A stretch of 64,000 bases of DNA. Origin: an uncultured Candidatus Saccharibacteria bacterium (GTDB lineage Bacteria > Patescibacteriota > Minisyncoccia > Phycocordibacterales > CAIRYW01). The notes beneath the pieces were generated by a model. It saw only the letters and a list, made by a program, of their open reading frames with translations. It was not told the DNA's origin and ran no database searches. A program made the translations under genes and the position numbers. Below are positions 57,913-64,000 of the stretch, in pieces. The DNA lies in NCBI GenBank assembly GCA_964446625.1, contig CAYUPH010000003.1, forward strand, positions 64,192-128,191, in the 5' to 3' direction. Each line of letters begins with the position of its first letter. Positions within the stretch are counted from its first letter, which is position 1.

Positions 57913-60900
57913 TTATTTCCCTCCAAAAAGTGATTTAAATACGCTTATGATAGTTGCCTTGAGACTTCCTCCACTTTGTGAAGTTCCAGAGCCCACCTTG
58001 TTTATTGTGAAATATCCTCCAATTGCGTACGATGAGCCGTACTCGTTATGAGACCTTATTGCAATTGTAAACGAGTTTCCTGTACTGGTTGTATCCCCCA
58101 TTCGTGAGACAGTCCAAGTGTACGATCCAGTGTTTGGTTGACTGTATGCAATATCTTTTGTTCCTGTTGGTCCTGCAAGACGAATATCAACATTGTCCGC
58201 GCCATCTGACTCATATTTAATTGTATAGGTTTGCCCCTCTGTCAAAACCTCACCTGAACCCGGCGAAAGAACTGTCACCGGTGCAGGACTATGACTTTCT
58301 ATTGTGGTCTGTCCACTTTCAGATACATCAGAATTAACCTCTGTTACTGATCTTCCATTTATCTTGAAGACATTGTCTGTATAGTCAGTGTAAGAAGCTT
58401 CAGCACTATTTAGATTATTGCCTCCTCTAACTGAAATAAGGAAGTCACTTTGGGTTGTTCCAGGGTCAGTCACTTTCCAGTCATAATAACCTGTGTTTGG
58501 AATATTTTGAGCTAGAAACTCCCCATACGAACGCTTGTCAGACGAAAGAAGCGAAACAGTAACATTTTTTACAGCTGTGTTTGAAGTCCAAGTAATTCGT
58601 TTTGTTTCTCCAACATTCGCGTCACTTATATTTGTCACTTTTACATAAGGGTTATTTTGTATTTGTACTTTACTTACAATATTTACCCTTCCTTTTGAGG
58701 CACAAACCCCAAGCGGTGAACAAATTCGGACGGTATATTCTCCTTCTGCGACTGTTTCGTCATTTGAGGCCGTCTTCTCTGTTATTCCTACTGTTCCGTA
58801 TATATATTTTCCTGAAATACCTGAAATAGTTGACGTTTGTCCTAGTTTTCGAGTGACTACATATGTCTTTTCGTTTCCAAGAAGTTCTAGTTTTCCATTT
58901 TGTCCCCAGTCAGAAAGATCACCGGCAGTCCAAGTAATTGTTGCAGGATCTCCAATATACCAAGTACTTCCGACTTTTGGAGCAGTAATTGTAATCACTG
59001 TACTTTTTGGAATTTCACTCTCAGCAACAAAAGTAAATACTCCTGATGTTGCCGATACTGCCGGATTATCTTCGCTGACAACTTTTATTCGATAACTGCC
59101 GGCGAGTGACTTTTCTGGAGTCCAATACAGGTAACCTTTTGGAGAAGTCGAAATGTGACTTCCAAGCAAAACATCAGGTGAGCCCACTCTATAGACACTT
59201 ACTTTTGTAGAGTTTCCAGCAAAATTCTCACTTGTCCATGAAATTCTTATTTGACTACCACTTTGAACTACCGAACCACTTTCTGGTGAAGTAATTTTAA
59301 GTGTTGCAGGTAAAGTTGCTATAACTGGCGCAACTGTAGGTAATGCGATTTCTGGAACTGGAATAGACACCACTTCTGCATCATTTCCACACATACTTAA
59401 TAGATCCTTGTTTAGTGCAGTTCTGGTACCGGGTCCTACATACCCTTCTGCTGGTGTAAGTCCATTTTGTATTTGATAGGTTGCAACAGCACCTTTTGTG
59501 TAGGCCCCAAAATAGTTAGAAGGGATGCCGTCTTGCTTAGCAAGGTGACCTTTGGCAATAAGAAATTTTTGAAGATTATAAACATCGAGGCCAACCGAAC
59601 CAGTATTAAGGAATTTAGACCATGTGTATCCACACGGTAAGTCAACACTTGCTCCAGGAGAACCTGGTCCACGGTTTTCTGGGTTAGGTAGTGTTGAGTT
59701 AGCCCTTAGCTTAAAATAACCTTTTGTTAAACTAAATACTGGGCCAGTACTGCTACCTTTTTGCATAATATTAGACAAGTACGCACTCGAAGCTCCTTGC
59801 TGGTCGACAACTAAAAGCTTAAAGTAATCTCCTTCACCAAGAAATCCTACTGCTTCAGAAGAAATACTGATCTCAAACTCCTTTTTCCCTGTTTTTTCTG
59901 TAACATCGAGCATTCGAACTTGTCGCCAATTTGTTACTTTTCCTTGTTTATCATATTTCACAATATATAAGTACGCTAACCTAGTGTAGTCCCATTCAGT
60001 AAAATTTATCGTTATTTTTTCTTTATTATCTGCTGTTATGGTTTTAATATCAAAGTTAGAAAAGCTTACCTCCTTATCTTTTGAGCTTGGCAGAGATGAT
60101 TCCTCAACATTCTCAATAACAACCTTAACTGGGGAGTTATTGTCCCACGCAGTTAAATACGCGCTTTCACCACTCTCATCTGTTGCTTTAATTTCTAGAA
60201 AATATTCCATAGGGGCAACTTCATTCATACCAAGTCTTCGGCGAACTTCAGGGGCTTCAAAATCGAGCTTTAGGTCGTCTTCTACATAAATATCTCCTGT
60301 ATTCCTATTTATATTTAGGCCGTATTCTAACCCTTTTAAAACAGAGTAGGTAATCTTGTCTCCATCTGGATCCTGTGCTTTTACATTTCCTACAACCGTA
60401 CCCCTAGGCGTATGCTCATTTACTGAAATTCTTACACCCCTTGATGAATCAGAAAAAACAGGCTCATGAGAATCACCACGAGACTCTCTAAATTCAATCA
60501 CTCGGAGCTCTGAATCACTTCCCATGTCTGATATTGCTTTATTTACATCATCTATGTAATAAGAGTAGAAAGGACCAGAAACAGAAAGCAGTGAACCTGT
60601 ATGTGTAGAAACTAGAACTAATTCTCCCCTATAAAGCACAAACGAAGGCGACCCCGAATCACCTGTCCTTACACTATTTAGATCATTTGGGTTATATTGC
60701 AACTCATTACCATCAGTTTTCAGATATCTAAGTGGAATACCTGCCCAAATCTTCATTTCGTTGATTACCTGAGGATAAGAAGTTGTAAGCTCTCCAGTCA
60801 GAACTACTCTATTTTGATCTAAAAGCAAGTAACGGAGATTATTATTTGAAAACAAAACTTGTAGATTTTTTTTATCTTCAGGGGTAATTTCCTGACCAAC

Positions 60901-61443
60901 ATGCTCCCATCTATCTATTCCCACTTTTGACATAAAATCTTTGTAATCAAAAACAGGATAGACTTTAAATTTGCTTGGGAGTGGTGAGTCCAAAAGAGCG
61001 ACTTCAATGTCGCTTTGAGGTATGTAGCGAAGATTTGTAATCTTTCTATACTCAACTGTTCCGTCTTTTGCAGTAAAAGCCAAATTTGTATTTTTTTCTA
61101 ACTGATGGTGAGACGCCAAAACAATAACATCCGGAGCTACAAGGGTTCCTGCACCCCTGTTGCCTCTAACATTGTTCCAGTTCGAAACTCCGGAAAAGTC
61201 CAAGTTTTTTGTCCATGAGTTTTTGTTGATTTCAAGTTTTCCTTGGAGAGAAGAAGCGTCAGAAACATAAATATTATTATCAGCAGTGGCAACACTACTA
61301 AGCTCTGTTACAGCTTCCTTTAGCTCGCTATTTATCGCATCAGTGACAGGATCGTTTGATGCACTACTTACTTTTTTTACTACAAAAAAAGAAACTACTA
61401 GCAAAACCCCAATAACAATACTCGCCTTAAAGAATTTTTTCAT
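57913..61443 (-). CDS. large secreted/surface protein: trypsin-like serine protease + cadherin-like repeat + peptidoglycan-binding domain + Ig-like repeats
   Basis: Signal/TM N-terminus; S1 triad context (..ASHHQ.., ..DIEVALLD.., TGDSGSPSF); DPDGDKITYSV cadherin-like; PG_binding_1-like LQKFLIAKGHLAKQDGIPSNYFGAYTKGAVATYQIQNGL. Confidence 0.75.
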   Translation of the reverse strand: MKKFFKASIVIGVLLVVSFFVVKKVSSASNDPVTDAINSELKEAVTELSSVATADNNIYVSDASSLQGKLEINKNSWTKNLDFSGVSNWNNVRGNRGAGTLVAPDVIVLASHHQLEKNTNLAFTAKDGTVEYRKITNLRYIPQSDIEVALLDSPLPSKFKVYPVFDYKDFMSKVGIDRWEHVGQEITPEDKKNLQVLFSNNNLRYLLLDQNRVVLTGELTTSYPQVINEMKIWAGIPLRYLKTDGNELQYNPNDLNSVRTGDSGSPSFVLYRGELVLVSTHTGSLLSVSGPFYSYYIDDVNKAISDMGSDSELRVIEFRESRGDSHEPVFSDSSRGVRISVNEHTPRGTVVGNVKAQDPDGDKITYSVLKGLEYGLNINRNTGDIYVEDDLKLDFEAPEVRRRLGMNEVAPMEYFLEIKATDESGESAYLTAWDNNSPVKVVIENVEESSLPSSKDKEVSFSNFDIKTITADNKEKITINFTEWDYTRLAYLYIVKYDKQGKVTNWRQVRMLDVTEKTGKKEFEISISSEAVGFLGEGDYFKLLVVDQQGASSAYLSNIMQKGSSTGPVFSLTKGYFKLRANSTLPNPENRGPGSPGASVDLPCGYTWSKFLNTGSVGLDVYNLQKFLIAKGHLAKQDGIPSNYFGAYTKGAVATYQIQNGLTPAEGYVGPGTRTALNKDLLSMCGNDAEVVSIPVPEIALPTVAPVIATLPATLKITSPESGSVVQSGSQIRISWTSENFAGNSTKVSVYRVGSPDVLLGSHISTSPKGYLYWTPEKSLAGSYRIKVVSEDNPAVSATSGVFTFVAESEIPKSTVITITAPKVGSTWYIGDPATITWTAGDLSDWGQNGKLELLGNEKTYVVTRKLGQTSTISGISGKYIYGTVGITEKTASNDETVAEGEYTVRICSPLGVCASKGRVNIVSKVQIQNNPYVKVTNISDANVGETKRITWTSNTAVKNVTVSLLSSDKRSYGEFLAQNIPNTGYYDWKVTDPGTTQSDFLISVRGGNNLNSAEASYTDYTDNVFKINGRSVTEVNSDVSESGQTTIESHSPAPVTVLSPGSGEVLTEGQTYTIKYESDGADNVDIRLAGPTGTKDIAYSQPNTGSYTWTVSRMGDTTSTGNSFTIAIRSHNEYGSSYAIGGYFTINKVGSGTSQSGGSLKATIISVFKSLFGGK

Positions 61444-61518
61444 TATATTAACTTATATTTAATTAATATAATTCTATACCCTTAGTAGAAGTCCTCATAA
61501 CAAGGGTGTGGACAACTT

Positions 61519-62016
61519 TCAGTTCAAATTGAACAGGAATTCGTGTGGTACCTTTTTCCTACCATCTTTCCACTGCCTTGTGTCAAAGCACCACACTTCT
61601 TCCGGGGAGATTTTAAAAAACTGCCACGGCGCACTACTTCTTCCATGTACCGAAGTTATTTTTTTAAACTCCTCAGATTTGTGTAGTCTATTAAAATAAA
61701 TATTGCTCACTTTTTTTAAATCGTCAGAATCAACAATTTGCTCTAGCTTACCAGTTATCTGAAGTCCGAAAATATCTCCTGTTTCAAACCTTTCGGTTTT
61801 GTAAATCGATACAGAAACAGTATCTCTTTTTAAAGCATTTTGGATATGCCTACTTTGCATTTCTGAAAGAATGTAAAGGTTCATGTTCTCGTCGTACGCA
61901 TAGCCCAGTGGGTTAGTCCAAGGAGTACCCGCTTCATCACTGGTCCCAAGACAAAGAAACTCAGTTCTTTCAAGCGCTTCTTTGAGTTTAGCTTCCCAGT
62001 TTACCTGTTCTTCCAT
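61519..62016 (-). CDS. pyridoxamine 5'-phosphate oxidase-like FMN-binding split-barrel protein
   Basis: 165 aa; PNPOx-like pattern (…LCLGTSDEAGTPWTNPLGYAYDE…). Confidence 0.55.
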   Translation of the reverse strand: MEEQVNWEAKLKEALERTEFLCLGTSDEAGTPWTNPLGYAYDENMNLYILSEMQSRHIQNALKRDTVSVSIYKTERFETGDIFGLQITGKLEQIVDSDDLKKVSNIYFNRLHKSEEFKKITSVHGRSSAPWQFFKISPEEVWCFDTRQWKDGRKKVPHEFLFNLN

Positions 62017-62048
62017 ACTCCTATTTTAACGCAGGAAGGATGTTTTTA

Positions 62049-62954
62049 CTAAAGGTCAATATCGTGTAGGAAATCAGCAATTTGCTCCATCACTTTTATT
62101 TTTCCTACATCTCCTTCTTTTCCTCCTCTTTGAAGCTCAGAAATCTCGGTGCGAACTAATTGTTCCAAAACTAAAGAGGTTCTACTAACAAAATCTTTTG
62201 CCTTTGGGTTCTTATTTACCTCTATAAATACCCTCTTTATTTTTTCGAACTCTTCTTCTAAATTACTTGAAAGAATAAAGTTTTGTGGTAGCAAACTGTT
62301 ATTTTCTAAAAGCTTATATACAGTCAGATAACCTCCAGTAATCGCATCCGCGCATTCCTTAAGGTTTTTATCTTCCTTTAGCAAACCAAGTCTTTCTAGC
62401 TCTGCTGCAACCTTAGTAATACTTGAAAGCTGAAACATTAAATTATCATCCTCAGTTACCTCGAGGTCATACACTCGACAAACTTGATCATATAATCTAT
62501 GTCCAAGCTGACGGATTGCATTTTCACAATCCGATTCTTTATTTCCTAAGGGTAGTGATTTTAGCCATTCTATTAATTTCTGGTCCGCAAGTTCAATTGT
62601 TGGAACAAATACTTGCTCATCTGCATTTAGTGTCCACTCATTTTTCTGAAGAACTAGCTTTAGTTTTAAACCAAGCTCAGAAAAAACTTCTTGCGCCCCA
62701 CTTCGAATACTTTGTAGTTTTGCAAATGAGTCATCCTCAAAAAGTTTAGTAGTATATTTTGTTGATAAATTAGGTGGAAAATCTTTTCCAGTCGGCTCAG
62801 CGACTTTACAATGATCAACCGCCCTCGCCAAATCTGGCTCTATTTCTACCTCAATAATTTTATCAACTCCTTCTGTCAAATCTAGCAAACCTTCGCCGAC
62901 ACGGGCGTAGTATTTTTCGTAGTAAAAAGAATTGACTGCTTCGTAACGTACCAT
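62049..62954 (-). CDS. hypothetical protein (301 aa)
   Basis: Intact ORF, helical; no family recognised. Confidence 0.4.
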   Translation of the reverse strand: MVRYEAVNSFYYEKYYARVGEGLLDLTEGVDKIIEVEIEPDLARAVDHCKVAEPTGKDFPPNLSTKYTTKLFEDDSFAKLQSIRSGAQEVFSELGLKLKLVLQKNEWTLNADEQVFVPTIELADQKLIEWLKSLPLGNKESDCENAIRQLGHRLYDQVCRVYDLEVTEDDNLMFQLSSITKVAAELERLGLLKEDKNLKECADAITGGYLTVYKLLENNSLLPQNFILSSNLEEEFEKIKRVFIEVNKNPKAKDFVSRTSLVLEQLVRTEISELQRGGKEGDVGKIKVMEQIADFLHDIDL

Positions 62955-62958
62955 AGAA

Positions 62959-64000
62959 TTATTTCCACCAAATTCCGCTTTGACCTTTTGCTCTCATGTA
63001 GTCGCGAGTAATTGGTCCAAAGTACCCATAGGAAGGCGTGATACCATTTGCTTTTTGATACTCCGCGAGCGCACTGCGTGTCAGTACTCCAAAGTAACCA
63101 GTTATTCCCACTTCCTTTAAGTTTTGTGCCCCCTTGCCGAGATTTAGTTTTATGAGTATATCTTGGAGTTTTTTTACATCATCTCCCGAGAGTCCAACAA
63201 ATAAATTCCTTACTGGCAAAAGAGGATCAGTAAAAACCTGAACCACCTCTTCTTTTTTATTTTCCACAGTAACACCACTTCCACTACTTCTACTTCCACT
63301 TCTATTTGTTGACGGCGTAGAAGCTACAGGACAATCTGGCGTGGTAAATGTTTCTTCATCACCAAAGAAGGTAACAGAGCGAGGATACCGCGAAAGTCCA
63401 CCAAGCACTCGGTAGTAATATGTTGTATTACACACCAGACTACTTGCTGTCATTTCTGTTTCAATCTCATTTAGATCAGGCTTTTCTGCATCCGGGGTCA
63501 TATCATTTGCATAATACGGATAGTATGTGTGCAAATTAAGACCAGTTGGAAAAAGCCCGCCATGAATATAATCCGGGTAACTTGAAGTTCCATACATGAG
63601 GTGAAAAAAGAGAATTGAGTCAGGAAGAGCATCAATTGCATCCCAGTCCCACGAATCATCTACGTCCATTGAGCCTGTAATAACCGCAGAGTCAGTTTGA
63701 AGTGTTCCACTCTTTACTGCGCCACTTACGACACTTGCCCTAAAGTTAATTGGCGTAATACTTTGCCACTTAAAAAATGGGTAGTTATCATTTGCATTTG
63801 AGAGAGTAAAGTTGTTTATCGCCCACACATCATCAAAGTCCCAGCCTGCGTCTGTAAACGTTACTGAATCTTTCATTGCATAAGTACTTGTTCCTGTTCC
63901 TTCAAATTCAAATCCTTCTTCATGAATACCACTTGCTGTTTCGTCCCATAAGTTAGCAAGAAACATATCATCTCCATAAGCAAATGAGGCAACAATTGGT
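62959..64000 (-). CDS. secreted protein with C-terminal peptidoglycan-binding domain (5' end beyond window)
   Basis: No in-frame stop upstream of first Met to window end; C-terminal PG_binding_1-like KKLQDILIKLNLGKGAQNLKEVGITGYFGVLTRSALAEYQKANGITP. Confidence 0.65.
   Translation of the reverse strand, partial: PIVASFAYGDDMFLANLWDETASGIHEEGFEFEGTGTSTYAMKDSVTFTDAGWDFDDVWAINNFTLSNANDNYPFFKWQSITPINFRASVVSGAVKSGTLQTDSAVITGSMDVDDSWDWDAIDALPDSILFFHLMYGTSSYPDYIHGGLFPTGLNLHTYYPYYANDMTPDAEKPDLNEIETEMTASSLVCNTTYYYRVLGGLSRYPRSVTFFGDEETFTTPDCPVASTPSTNRSGSRSSGSGVTVENKKEEVVQVFTDPLLPVRNLFVGLSGDDVKKLQDILIKLNLGKGAQNLKEVGITGYFGVLTRSALAEYQKANGITPSYGYFGPITRDYMRAKGQSGIWWK

Overview
This is an AT-rich bacterial chromosomal segment with compact genes, mostly on the minus strand. 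All calls below come from reading the sequence and the supplied ORF translations; no database search was run.

Gene content:
- Housekeeping genes: leuS (5' part only), ychF, mltG, ahcY with a PfkB-family kinase, ribH, ribE, a stand-alone riboflavin kinase, pyrH, tsaC, ddl, uvrC, uvrA, uvrB, tgt, an FKBP isomerase, a MATE transporter, gdh, and a DsbA-like protein with a CXXC membrane partner.
- A complete F-type ATP synthase operon (atpZ, atpB, atpE, atpF, atpH, atpA, atpG, atpD, atpC). It carries extra small ORFs and a truncated epsilon subunit, and a ~1.1-kb GC-rich, highly structured non-coding segment sits between atpB and atpE.
- A short class I ribonucleotide reductase whose ATP-cone is on NrdB rather than NrdA.
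- A GH17-GT2 fusion that looks like a beta-glucan synthase.
- A two-component system: PAS histidine kinase plus a response regulator with two receiver domains and no output domain.
- Very large secreted proteins with a trypsin-like protease domain, a cadherin-like repeat and peptidoglycan-binding domains.

Most notable features:
- A strongly AT-rich ~3.6-kb island lies immediately 3' of tRNA-Ala(UGC), which is flanked by tRNA-Ala fragments. It encodes a SIR2-family protein followed by a HerA-like ATPase, the architecture of the SIR2-HerA NAD+-depleting anti-phage system.
- A gene remnant and near-identical hairpin repeats sit on each side of the island, suggesting repeated integration at this tRNA.
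- A GC-rich trio of small paralogous ORFs at 24.5-25.9 kb looks horizontally acquired.
- Overall the gene set (short UvrC, truncated delta and epsilon, partial riboflavin pathway, many peptidoglycan-binding surface proteins) resembles a reduced-genome bacterium, possibly Patescibacteria/CPR. That is inference only.

No rRNA, CRISPR array, integrase or transposase was seen.
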